In this document: positions 29,812 to 39,191 of the stretch, in pieces
Position numbering within the stretch: the stretch's first letter is position 1
Layout: each line of letters starts with the position of its first letter
Source of the DNA: Candidatus Moraniibacteriota bacterium
GTDB lineage: Bacteria; Patescibacteriota; Minisyncoccia; Moranbacterales; GWC2-37-73
Reading direction: 5' to 3'
Length of the DNA stretch: 64,000 bases
NCBI GenBank assembly: GCA_035390125.1
Contig: DAOOTD010000001.1
Span: forward strand, 31,619-95,618
Translations under genes and position numbers: made by a program
Notes under the pieces: generated by a model
Told to the model about the DNA's origin: nothing
The model's database searches: none
Seen by the model: the letters and a program-made list of their open reading frames with translations, nothing else

Positions 29812-30399
29812 ATGAAAACAATCGCAAAACAACCAGAAGACGTTATTCAAGACACCAAGAAATATATTGTTGACACAGCCCGCCAGTTTTTTTCCGAATA
29901 TAGTTATTTGGGTGTTTCTATGAGCGATATCGCCAAAAAACTGGATATAACCAAAGCTGCGCTTTACTATCATTTCACTGGTAAAGCCGAAATTTATGAA
30001 AAAGTACTGGATGAAGTTTTTGATGATTTGAGTTTGGCTATTACCGAAGCGATGAACGAAACCACGATTGATAAAAAATTACACAAACTGATTAAGAATT
30101 ACTTAGAGTTTGGATTTAGAGAAAAAAATCTTATCAAATCTATAGTGTTAAAATTATCGCCGGCCGATAGACAGATAACAAAACACATTACTCAATTAAG
30201 AGAACGGGTTGCTGATCTGATTCAACCAATAATTGAAGAAGCTTTCGCAAGTAAGAAACTAACCGGTAAAGTTGATAGCCAACTTCTAACTTCCATGCTT
30301 ACCGGCATGATGGACGGATTGCTTTTGGAATATTCGTTTCTTAATAAAAAAATAAATTCGGCAAAAATATCAGATCAAATTATTGCCGCTTTATTTTAA
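29812..30399 (+). CDS. TetR/AcrR family regulator
   Basis: VSMSDIAKKLDITKAALYYHF.GK HTH. Confidence 0.93.
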   Translation: MKTIAKQPEDVIQDTKKYIVDTARQFFSEYSYLGVSMSDIAKKLDITKAALYYHFTGKAEIYEKVLDEVFDDLSLAITEAMNETTIDKKLHKLIKNYLEFGFREKNLIKSIVLKLSPADRQITKHITQLRERVADLIQPIIEEAFASKKLTGKVDSQLLTSMLTGMMDGLLLEYSFLNKKINSAKISDQIIAALF

Positions 30400-30456
30400 A
30401 GGTCGAGGACCAGTCCGCCTCAAGGACTTAATAAATGAGTTAATAAAAATAAAAAT

Positions 30457-30600
30457 ATGCCAACAAATTTTCTAGCAAACATTGATTGGTCAAGTCCCAT
30501 GACAATTGGAATCGGAATTGGAGTCGTCGCGGTTATTGCTATTGCCGGATATCTAGTGTGGGCTTGGCAAGAAAAAAAGCCGCCATTTGATAATATGTAA
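30457..30600 (+). CDS. Small single-TM protein (47 aa)
   Basis: MPTNFLANIDWSSPMTIGIGIGVVAVIAIAGYLVWAWQEKKPPFDNM in operon orientation. Confidence 0.55.
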   Translation: MPTNFLANIDWSSPMTIGIGIGVVAVIAIAGYLVWAWQEKKPPFDNM

Positions 30601-30685
30601 AGCATTTTGGGCGCTTCATTTTCGTAGCTATCTAAACTAATAAATGGAGCGTCTTTTAATGATTTTAATAATTTGAAAGCAATTT

Positions 30686-31789
30686 ATGTATAAAGAATAT
30701 GAACCTATAAAGTTCCCAGAAGACGAATCGGCTCATGACGCCATTGTTGAATGGTGGTATTTTAACGGCCATCTTAAAGACAAATATGGCAACGAATATT
30801 CATATATGGATTGCCTGTTCAAAGTGGATGTCAAAAAAGTAAAAATACCTTTTTTAAGTAAGATTCCGCTTAAAACATCCTACTTCTCACATTCACTCGT
30901 TTCAGACATAAATAATAAAAGTTTTCAGCATAGGATATCTCCCTTTTCTGTTGTTTCTGATGACAGTTTTTCCAAATCCCTGCTTCATATAAATTACATC
31001 AATCCGGAAATTAAGAACGGTTATACTAACTGCGCTATTGAAAAAACAGACGAATCAAAATACCGCTTAAAAAATGAAGATATGGATTTGATATTAACTT
31101 CAATTAAAAAGCCCTTGCTGGAAGGCGGGAAGGGTTTTCTTGATCTTCATTCTAAAGCAACCTATTATTATTCCTTAACCAACCTGAAAACAGAAGGCAG
31201 AATAAAAATTAAAGATAAATGGGTGAATATTACCGGCAAGTCATGGGTGGATCATCAGTGGGCGGATGCCAGTTATTCCAAAGACAGGTGGGATTGGTTC
31301 TCGGTGCAATTGGACAATAATACGGAAATGGTTTGCTTTATGTATGATGACGGCCAGAAAAAAACTTATTTGGCCAGTATCTCTTATCCGGATAATACGC
31401 AAGAGCATTATGACAATATTAAAATTATTCCCCTGAAAGGACATTGGACAAGCCCTAAAAGCAAGGCTATTTATCCGATGTTATGGGAAATCAAAATACC
31501 GGCAAAAAATATACATCTGCTTCTGTCGGCAAAAATTGAAAATCAGGAAATGCTGTTCGGTTCAATCAATTATTGGGAGGGACCGCTTACGGTCAGCGGA
31601 TTATTCGAAGATAAAAAAGTAAACGGTGTTGGTTTTATGGAACTAGTCGGTTATCCATCGCAATATAACAATGCAAAATATATCAGAGATGAAATAGGAA
31701 AAACAGCGAGCCGGGTTATTTCGTCTATGAAGAATAAGGCTTCGGCTTTGGTAGGCAACGTAAAAAATAATCCCGCAGAATCAGATTAA
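30686..31789 (+). CDS. AttH/CrtC-like lipocalin-fold protein
   Basis: EWWYFNG, YYYSLT, SWVDHQW, WDWFSVQL, YWEG, GFMELVGY. Confidence 0.85.
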   Translation: MYKEYEPIKFPEDESAHDAIVEWWYFNGHLKDKYGNEYSYMDCLFKVDVKKVKIPFLSKIPLKTSYFSHSLVSDINNKSFQHRISPFSVVSDDSFSKSLLHINYINPEIKNGYTNCAIEKTDESKYRLKNEDMDLILTSIKKPLLEGGKGFLDLHSKATYYYSLTNLKTEGRIKIKDKWVNITGKSWVDHQWADASYSKDRWDWFSVQLDNNTEMVCFMYDDGQKKTYLASISYPDNTQEHYDNIKIIPLKGHWTSPKSKAIYPMLWEIKIPAKNIHLLLSAKIENQEMLFGSINYWEGPLTVSGLFEDKKVNGVGFMELVGYPSQYNNAKYIRDEIGKTASRVISSMKNKASALVGNVKNNPAESD

Positions 31790-31793
31790 AATT

Positions 31794-32639
31794 ATGGCAA
31801 AACTAAAACGACCTAAAATCGGTTTGGCGTTGGGAAGCGGCGGTCCCAGGGGGCTGGCGCATATCGGCGTAATCAAAGTTCTGAAAGAAAATAATATTCC
31901 GATCGATTTTATCGCCGGTTCAAGTATCGGCGCTATGGTCGGCGGATTTTATGCCGCTACCAAAGATATAGGACAAGTGGAAAAGATAGCGTTGGGAACT
32001 AACTGGAAAATGATTTTAGCATTGATAGATCCTTCTTTTCGCCAGGGATTGCTGGGAGGTAAAAAGGTAAACAATTTTATCGAAGATCATATCGACAAAA
32101 TGGATTTTAAGGATTTAAAAGTTCCCCTTTCGGTAGTAGCGACAAATTTTAAGAACGGCGACGCGGTTGTTATAAACAAAGGCGACGTTGCCTCGGCAAT
32201 CAGAGCCAGTATTTCTTTGCCATTGGTTTTTAGGCCCGTGGAAAGGGAAGGAAAATTATTGGTCGACGGAGGATTATCTTTGCCCGTTCCAGTCGAAGTG
32301 GTGAGAAAAATGGGAGCGGATTTGGTAATAGCGGTTAATTTGGATGCCGATTACTTTGCCGACAACAACAGCGAAAACAATAAATTCGGTTTTTATAAAA
32401 TGGCTGAAAATTCAATCAATCTCCTGCGGCATCACCTGGCCTATCGAAATGTCGAAAATGCCGACATTGTTATCAGTCCGCAGGTTGGAAATGCGCATTG
32501 GGGAAAATTTCTGGACGGAAAAGATATAATTTCAGCTGGAGAAAAAGCGACAAAAATAAAATTATCACAATTGAAAGAATCGATACATCGGGAAAACAAG
32601 GACGTTCTGAGTAAGTTTTTAGATTTTCTTAAATTATAA
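31794..32639 (+). CDS. Patatin-like phospholipase
   Basis: GSGGPRGLAHIG, GSSIG, DGG. Confidence 0.93.
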   Translation: MAKLKRPKIGLALGSGGPRGLAHIGVIKVLKENNIPIDFIAGSSIGAMVGGFYAATKDIGQVEKIALGTNWKMILALIDPSFRQGLLGGKKVNNFIEDHIDKMDFKDLKVPLSVVATNFKNGDAVVINKGDVASAIRASISLPLVFRPVEREGKLLVDGGLSLPVPVEVVRKMGADLVIAVNLDADYFADNNSENNKFGFYKMAENSINLLRHHLAYRNVENADIVISPQVGNAHWGKFLDGKDIISAGEKATKIKLSQLKESIHRENKDVLSKFLDFLKL

Positions 32640-32644
32640 TCAAA

Positions 32645-33877
32645 ATGCTTAGAAATTTTTTCATCGCCTGCTGGTTCAGCTTTAAACAGCTAACACGCAG
32701 CAACAAGAAAAGTGTCGTGATGACCATAGTGGTGGTAAGTTTACTTTTCATCAATATTCTTTTTATCGCGTCCATGATGTCCGGACTTATAAAAACTATA
32801 AACAATCAGGTTATAGATTATCAATACGGAAACATTGTAATCGAACCGACCAAGGAAAGTGAAAGTGACAACTATATTAAACAAGCGAATCAAACATTAA
32901 ATGACATCAGAAGCATACCAGGTGTTATTGGGGCGGTAGAGCACTATAAAGAAGGCGTCAAAATCACATATGATCAGAAGAAAGAAGGAACTAACGTTAA
33001 AGACTTCAGCGGATACTTATATTCCGTAATCCCTTCAGAGGAATCAAATGTTCTTAAAATAAATTCAAAAATTGTTTCCGGAAGATATCTGGAAGATGGA
33101 GATCGAGGCAAGATACTTCTCGGACGGGAAATCAGCGGAGGCTTCGAAGCTACTCTTGAAAGAGCATCTTTGGGAGGGGTCCGAGTTGGAGATGAAGTTT
33201 ATGTTTATTATCCCAATGGAATAAGCCGAAAATATACGGTAGCTGGAATTTTTGCTACCAAGAGTTTCCTGGCTGATGCGCAGGCTTATGTAACAAAAGA
33301 TGAAATGGAAGATGTTTTGGGACAGCATGACCTGGCCGACGAGATAATTGTAAAAACTGCAACTATGGGAGATGAGAATAAGTATATTTCAAAAATAGAA
33401 AATGTATTGGAGCAAAAACTGAAACTTTATATCTGGAGCGATTTTTTGGGCGCCCTGTCAACCGTTACAAACAGCTTTGATTTTGTAAAATTAATTTTTT
33501 ACGCTATCGGACTGGCTGTTTCCGGCGCCAGCATTTTCATAATCATCTATATCGACTTGCTTAATCAGAAAAAACAAATCGGAATCTTGAAAGCGATCGG
33601 AATGGAAAGCAAAACTATTGTTATTTCCTATGTATTGCAAGCATTTTTTTATGGACTTATGGGGGTGATTTTGGGAAGATTCCTGCTTGAATACGCAATC
33701 TCTCCATATTTTCTCAAGCACCCGCTGGAGCTTCCTATCGGATATATCAGCCTTAATATTGAAAGCCTTGATCTTATGCGCACGGAAATAAGCATGGTAG
33801 TCGTATCGCTTATTGCCGGATTCATCCCATCCGTTCAAATTGCCAGAAAAAATATTTTAGATTCAATATTCAAATAA
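32645..33877 (+). CDS. ABC transporter permease (FtsX/MacB-like)
   Basis: TM + large extracellular loop + 3 TM; IGILKAIG. Confidence 0.88.
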   Translation: MLRNFFIACWFSFKQLTRSNKKSVVMTIVVVSLLFINILFIASMMSGLIKTINNQVIDYQYGNIVIEPTKESESDNYIKQANQTLNDIRSIPGVIGAVEHYKEGVKITYDQKKEGTNVKDFSGYLYSVIPSEESNVLKINSKIVSGRYLEDGDRGKILLGREISGGFEATLERASLGGVRVGDEVYVYYPNGISRKYTVAGIFATKSFLADAQAYVTKDEMEDVLGQHDLADEIIVKTATMGDENKYISKIENVLEQKLKLYIWSDFLGALSTVTNSFDFVKLIFYAIGLAVSGASIFIIIYIDLLNQKKQIGILKAIGMESKTIVISYVLQAFFYGLMGVILGRFLLEYAISPYFLKHPLELPIGYISLNIESLDLMRTEISMVVVSLIAGFIPSVQIARKNILDSIFK

Positions 33878-33881
33878 AACA

Positions 33882-34553
33882 ATGGAGAAAGATATTATAA
33901 CCGTAAAAAATTTGCACAAAACTTATTCAGGGGAAGTTCCGCTGCATGTTCTTAAGGGCGTGAGTTTTTCTGTAAAGGAAGGGGAATTTGTGGCGATTAT
34001 GGGCAGAAGCGGCAGTGGAAAATCCACCTTGCTTCATCAACTTAGCCTTTTGGATAACGCGGACGAAGGAGAAATAATTGTTGAAGGGCAAGAACTGACT
34101 GCCCTTTCAGACAGCGAAAAAACAAAATTTCGTCTTCAACACTTCGGTTATGTTTTTCAGGAATACGCTCTCCTGTCGGGATTCAGTGCCGAAGAAGCCG
34201 TCAGTTTGCCCCTTATTTTGCAAGGTTGCTCCATACGGGAAAGCAAAAAACGTGCCAGAGAAATACTTGAGATGGTTCAACTTGGTGATCGGATAAAACA
34301 TTTTCCGTCCGAAATGTCAGGAGGCGAACAACAAAGAGTGGCGGTTGCCAGGGCCTTGGTCAATAATCCGAAAATTCTTTTTGCCGACGAACCTTGTGCC
34401 AACTTGGATTCGGAAACGTCAACCGTAATATTGGAACTTTTTAGAAAACTCAACAAAGAACTTAATCAAACCGTGATTTTGGTAACTCATGAACCGGAAG
34501 ACGAGGAATATGTTGATAGGGTAATCCATATGAAAGACGGGATTTTACAATAA
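33882..34553 (+). CDS. ABC transporter ATP-binding protein (LolD/MacB-like)
   Basis: GRSGSGKS, MSGGEQQR, ADEP, VTH. Confidence 0.95.
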   Translation: MEKDIITVKNLHKTYSGEVPLHVLKGVSFSVKEGEFVAIMGRSGSGKSTLLHQLSLLDNADEGEIIVEGQELTALSDSEKTKFRLQHFGYVFQEYALLSGFSAEEAVSLPLILQGCSIRESKKRAREILEMVQLGDRIKHFPSEMSGGEQQRVAVARALVNNPKILFADEPCANLDSETSTVILELFRKLNKELNQTVILVTHEPEDEEYVDRVIHMKDGILQ

Positions 34554-34582
34554 ATAATTTTTAAATTTATAAATTAAAAAAT

Positions 34583-35581
34583 ATGCCAAAAGTTAAGAAA
34601 GCAATTTATTGGATCATTGTTGTCGCTATTGTGATAACGATAGGATCCATAATTTGGGGAAATAAGAACAAGAAAGCGGATTATACACTTACTCCGGTTA
34701 GCAAGGGGACGCTAACCCGGACCATTTCAGCCAACGGAGAATATTTATCTAAAGACGAAGCTAATGTCAGTTTTCGAATATCCGGACCGCTCATCAACGT
34801 TAAAGTGGATGTTGGGGACAAAGTGAAACAGGGACAATTTTTAGCCAGTGTTGATACGGGCACTTTAACGGAAAAATTGGAACAAGCAAAAAAAGCGGTT
34901 ACGATCCAGAAAAAGACTTTGGCTTATCAAAAAGATAAGGATGATTTATATACCAAGGACCAACGCAGTGCTCAAAAGGCGGCGATCCAGCAAGCAGAGG
35001 CCGCCGTTGATGAAATTTCCAAACAATTCCAATATGCCAACATTAATGCACCGATAGGCGGAACAGTAGCTGAAAAAAATGCAAACATTGGAGAAATAGT
35101 TCAGGCCGGAAGCCCAGTGATTAAGATTGTTCGGGAAGACGAAATGAGAATTGAAGCTAGGGTTCCAGAAGTGGATATTGCCGGAGTCAGAGTCGGTCAG
35201 AAAATAAGTGTCAAATTTGATGCTTATCCGGAAAATCAAATATTTGAAGCGGAGGTAACGGAAATAGATCCAACTCCAGTTACCGTTCAGAACGTTGTTT
35301 ACTACGTGGTCAAAATGCAGGTTGAAAATCCCGATGCAGGACTGCGATATGGTATGAACTGCACAATTTATGATAAGGTAGCCCAAAAAGATAATGTACT
35401 TATGATTCCCAAAGGAGTAATAGAAAAAGAAGGAGATAAAAAATTCGTTACCGTTCTGACTGATATCAAGAAACAAACAGTTGAAAAAAGAGAAATACAA
35501 ACCGGACTGGAAGGAGATAATGGAATAGTGGAGATTGTTTCCGGTCTGAAAGAAGGCGAGCAGATAGCGACGGAGAAATAA
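34583..35581 (+). CDS. Membrane-fusion/periplasmic adaptor (MacA/HlyD-like)
   Basis: VGDKVKQGQ, INAPIGG, GLKEGE. Confidence 0.88.
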   Translation: MPKVKKAIYWIIVVAIVITIGSIIWGNKNKKADYTLTPVSKGTLTRTISANGEYLSKDEANVSFRISGPLINVKVDVGDKVKQGQFLASVDTGTLTEKLEQAKKAVTIQKKTLAYQKDKDDLYTKDQRSAQKAAIQQAEAAVDEISKQFQYANINAPIGGTVAEKNANIGEIVQAGSPVIKIVREDEMRIEARVPEVDIAGVRVGQKISVKFDAYPENQIFEAEVTEIDPTPVTVQNVVYYVVKMQVENPDAGLRYGMNCTIYDKVAQKDNVLMIPKGVIEKEGDKKFVTVLTDIKKQTVEKREIQTGLEGDNGIVEIVSGLKEGEQIATEK

Positions 35582-35665
35582 TAAAAAATTATCGCAGCTA
35601 AAATAGTTTCTTAAGCGTATTAAAAGCATGACTCAAAAAGTATTTTCTGTGATTAAATTTACTTT

Positions 35666-36916
35666 ATGCGTATTCTTCTAATCTCAGATCACGCCGATCC
35701 ATTGGCGGAAATCGGGTCCAAAGAAGCCGGAGGGCAAAATATCTATGTTTTCTACCTAGCAAAATTTTTGTGCCGACTTGGAATTTTAGTTGATGTGTAT
35801 ACTCGTTGGGACAGAAAAAACAAAAAAGAAATTGTTAAATTCAACAATCATTTAAGGGTTATAAGGGTTAAAGCGGGTCCGAAAAGGTATATACCTAGAG
35901 ATAATTTTTTAGGTGTTGTGGATGAATTTACGGAAAATATATTGAAAAGAGTAAAAAAGGAAAAAATAAATTATGATATAATTCATACAAACTACTGGTT
36001 TTCGGGGCTTATTGGTTTAAAAGTTGCTAAAAAAATCAAGAAACCGCTTGTTCATATTTATCATTCTATCGGTCAAGTGAGATTTGAGAGTTTGAAAAAA
36101 TACAAATTTCAGGAAACCAACAATGCTTTTTTTGAACAAAGAACGATTTTTGAAAAAGAAATAGCCCAAAAAGCGGACAAGATAATTACGACCAGTCCGG
36201 TGGAAAAAGAAATTATCAAAAATCTTTTTAGAATCAGCGGTGAAAAAATACAAACCATAACTATCGGGGTGGATACGAAAATATTTAGGCCGATAAAAAC
36301 CGAAAGAGCCAGAAAACTGGCAAAAGTCGAAACTAACGGAAAAATCATTCTTTATGTCGGCAGAATCGAATGGAGAAAAGGAATCGGAACACTGCTTTAC
36401 GCCTTCAAAGAAGTTATTAAAAAATATCCCAATGCAAGATTATTTGTTATCGGCGGGGGCAAAAGCAAATCGGCAAGAAAGCTGGAAGAGGCTGAATGTG
36501 AGCGACTAAAAAAAATCTCTCAAGAATTAGGAATAGAAAAGAGAGTAAAATTCCTTGGTCCAAAAAAGCAAAAAGAACTATATAAATATTATTCAGCTGC
36601 CGATGTATGTGTTGTTTCCTCATATTATGAACCGTTTGGAATAGTTCCTCTGGAATCAATGGCTTGCGGAACCCCTGTAATCGCTTCGCGCACTGGAGGG
36701 TTGCGATATACCGTAAAAGACAAAATAACAGGATGCCTGTTTGAACCCAAAAATTATTCTGATTTAGCCGAAAAAATAAACATCGTTTTGAAAAACGGAA
36801 AAGATTTTTATACGGGAAACTGTTTAAAAAGAATCAACGATGATTTTCAATGGGAAGAAATAGCTGATCAATATGACAATTTTTTTAATCAATTAATAAA
36901 CAAAACAAAAAAATGA
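35666..36916 (+). CDS. GT4 glycosyltransferase (MshA-like)
   Basis: EAGGQNIYV, HTNYWFSG, YEPFGIVPLESMACG. Confidence 0.9.
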   Translation: MRILLISDHADPLAEIGSKEAGGQNIYVFYLAKFLCRLGILVDVYTRWDRKNKKEIVKFNNHLRVIRVKAGPKRYIPRDNFLGVVDEFTENILKRVKKEKINYDIIHTNYWFSGLIGLKVAKKIKKPLVHIYHSIGQVRFESLKKYKFQETNNAFFEQRTIFEKEIAQKADKIITTSPVEKEIIKNLFRISGEKIQTITIGVDTKIFRPIKTERARKLAKVETNGKIILYVGRIEWRKGIGTLLYAFKEVIKKYPNARLFVIGGGKSKSARKLEEAECERLKKISQELGIEKRVKFLGPKKQKELYKYYSAADVCVVSSYYEPFGIVPLESMACGTPVIASRTGGLRYTVKDKITGCLFEPKNYSDLAEKINIVLKNGKDFYTGNCLKRINDDFQWEEIADQYDNFFNQLINKTKK

Positions 36917-37953
36917 AAATTGCAATAGTAGCTCCATTTGAGGAAAAAGTTCCCCCACATAAATATGGCGGAACGGAACTTGTTGTTTATAACTTGACTC
37001 AGCAGTTAGTAAAGATGGGTCATGATGTTACGCTCATAGCAACTGGAGATTCCCAAACAAGCGCCAAGCTGGAAGTCATTTTCAAAAGATCGCTCAGAAG
37101 TATTCCTGATCTTACGGACATGAAGTTACGGGAAGCTTATAAATTTATTGGGATAGGAAAAGTGGTAACATATTTAAATGAAAATGATTTTAATGTTGTT
37201 CATAATCATATTGGCTGGAGATTGCTTCCTTTTGAAAAAATTATCGCTTGTCCGGTAGTCACAACTCTTCACGGACCTCTCGATGTTCCTTATCAGCAGA
37301 GAGTTTATGGCGAGTTTAGCGAGTCAAATTACATAAGCATCAGCATGAATCAACGAAAACCGATGCCAGAACTTAATTTTGTGGCAAACGCTTATAATGG
37401 TCTGGATATGGAAAAATTTAGACAAAATTACCAGCCAAAAGATTATTTCGCATTTCTTGGCAGAATGTCTCCGGAGAAGGGACCGGTTCAAGCCATAGCG
37501 GTGGCAAAAAAAGCGGGGGTGAAATTGATTATGGCAGCCAAAGTTGATCTGGTTGATGAGGAATATTTCAAGAAAGAAGTAGAACCATTAATTGATGACG
37601 ATCAGATTAAATTTATCGGAGAAGTTGATCATGAAGAAAAAGTGGAGCTTCTTGGAAATGCTAAGGCTTTAATCGCTCCGATTCAGTGGGAAGAACCTTT
37701 TGGTTTGTTTTTTACCGAAGCAATGGCTTGTGGGGCGCCTGTGTTTGCAATGAGACGCGGATCCGTTCCGGAAATCGTAATAGATAAAAAAACAGGATTT
37801 ATCTGTGACAGTGTGGATGAGATGGCGGAGAAAATAAAAAGAGTTGATGAAATTGACAGAAAGGATTGCTTCGAACATGTTAAGAAAAATTTTTCTTCGG
37901 AAAAAATGACGAAAGATTACATTAAGGCTTACGAAAAGGTAATGAAAAAATAA
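36913..37953 (+). CDS. GT4 glycosyltransferase
   Basis: VPPHKYGGTE, GRMSPEKG, WEEPFGL..EAMACG. Confidence 0.9.
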   Translation: MKIAIVAPFEEKVPPHKYGGTELVVYNLTQQLVKMGHDVTLIATGDSQTSAKLEVIFKRSLRSIPDLTDMKLREAYKFIGIGKVVTYLNENDFNVVHNHIGWRLLPFEKIIACPVVTTLHGPLDVPYQQRVYGEFSESNYISISMNQRKPMPELNFVANAYNGLDMEKFRQNYQPKDYFAFLGRMSPEKGPVQAIAVAKKAGVKLIMAAKVDLVDEEYFKKEVEPLIDDDQIKFIGEVDHEEKVELLGNAKALIAPIQWEEPFGLFFTEAMACGAPVFAMRRGSVPEIVIDKKTGFICDSVDEMAEKIKRVDEIDRKDCFEHVKKNFSSEKMTKDYIKAYEKVMKK

Positions 37954-37974
37954 CGCCTATAAGCAAGCTACTTT

Positions 37975-39168
37975 ATGTTTAACTTCAAAAAAAGATATTC
38001 AGGCATAAGCCGAAATGTGGTTATTCTTGGAGTTGTCAGTTTGCTGACGGATCTTTCTGGGCAGATGGTTTTTCCATTGCTCCCTCTTTATATTACCTCA
38101 GTTTTGGGTGGCGGAGCGGTAGCTGTTGGCCTGGTTGAAGGAGCGGCCGAAGCGGCCGCCTCGCTTTTAAAAGTCGTTTCCGGCTATTGGTCGGATAAAA
38201 TAAAAAGCAGGAAACCGTTTGTTTTTTTTGGCTATACCCTTTCGGCTATAATGAAGCCGGTCCTGGCTTTTTCCGGCAGTTGGTTTTCCGTGCTACTCAT
38301 CCGAATATTAGACCGAGTAGGAAAAGGTTTGCGTGACGCGCCACGCGACGCTATTATTGCCGAATCTAATAATCAGGCAACATTAGGCAAGGCTTACGGA
38401 TTCAACCGGGCGTTGGATGGGCTGGGTTCAGTTGGCGGATCAGTATTGGCATTTTTGCTGCTTCCGGTTTTTGGTTTTGTAAACTTATTTAAGCTAGCCA
38501 TTATTCCCGGTTTAGTTTCGGTGGGGGTGATTTCTTTGGTAAAAGAACCGGAAAGAATTAAAAAAGTTGAGAAAAAAATTTCCTTGAAAGTAGGATTTGG
38601 CGAATTGACGCGCGAGTTAAAAATATTTATTCTGGTTGCGACAATTTTTACACTGGGAAATTACAGCTATGCTTTTTTGATGCTTCGGGCGAAGGCGGAC
38701 GGACTGGGAGATGAAAAAACTATCATGCTTTACGCTCTTTTTTATTTAGTCTACACCCTTTTGTCTATGAAAGCCGGATCATTGTCCGACAAATTTGGCA
38801 GAAAACCGATAATTTTGGCCGGATACGGAATGTTTACTCTCTTATCTATCGGGCTTTATTTATTTGGCGGTGTTACATTTACAATAATTTCGTTCATACT
38901 TTTCGGAATATTTTTTTCCTTGATTGATGGCACTCAGCGGGCATTCGTTTCTGATTTGTCACCGGCTCGTCTCAAGGGAACGGCTCTGGGAACTTTCCAT
39001 ACGTTTACCGGTTTAGCGGCTCTCCCTGCCGGATATATTGCCGGAGAACTTTGGACAAAAATAAGTCCGGAAGCGACGTTTTTGTTTGGAGCTATAATCG
39101 GGAGTGTTTCCATTTTGATTTTTTACTGTTCACTGAGCAATTGTAAAATTAATTATAATAAAGCATAA
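37975..39168 (+). CDS. MFS transporter
   Basis: ~12 hydrophobic segments; SDKFGRK; DRVGKGLR. Confidence 0.9.
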   Translation: MFNFKKRYSGISRNVVILGVVSLLTDLSGQMVFPLLPLYITSVLGGGAVAVGLVEGAAEAAASLLKVVSGYWSDKIKSRKPFVFFGYTLSAIMKPVLAFSGSWFSVLLIRILDRVGKGLRDAPRDAIIAESNNQATLGKAYGFNRALDGLGSVGGSVLAFLLLPVFGFVNLFKLAIIPGLVSVGVISLVKEPERIKKVEKKISLKVGFGELTRELKIFILVATIFTLGNYSYAFLMLRAKADGLGDEKTIMLYALFYLVYTLLSMKAGSLSDKFGRKPIILAGYGMFTLLSIGLYLFGGVTFTIISFILFGIFFSLIDGTQRAFVSDLSPARLKGTALGTFHTFTGLAALPAGYIAGELWTKISPEATFLFGAIIGSVSILIFYCSLSNCKINYNKA

Positions 39169-39191
39169 AACTAATTTTCTATTAAACAAAA

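Noticed and set aside
34946-35629. 227-aa minus-strand ORF and other antisense ORFs
   Set aside because: Shadow frames of well-supported genes on the opposite strand.
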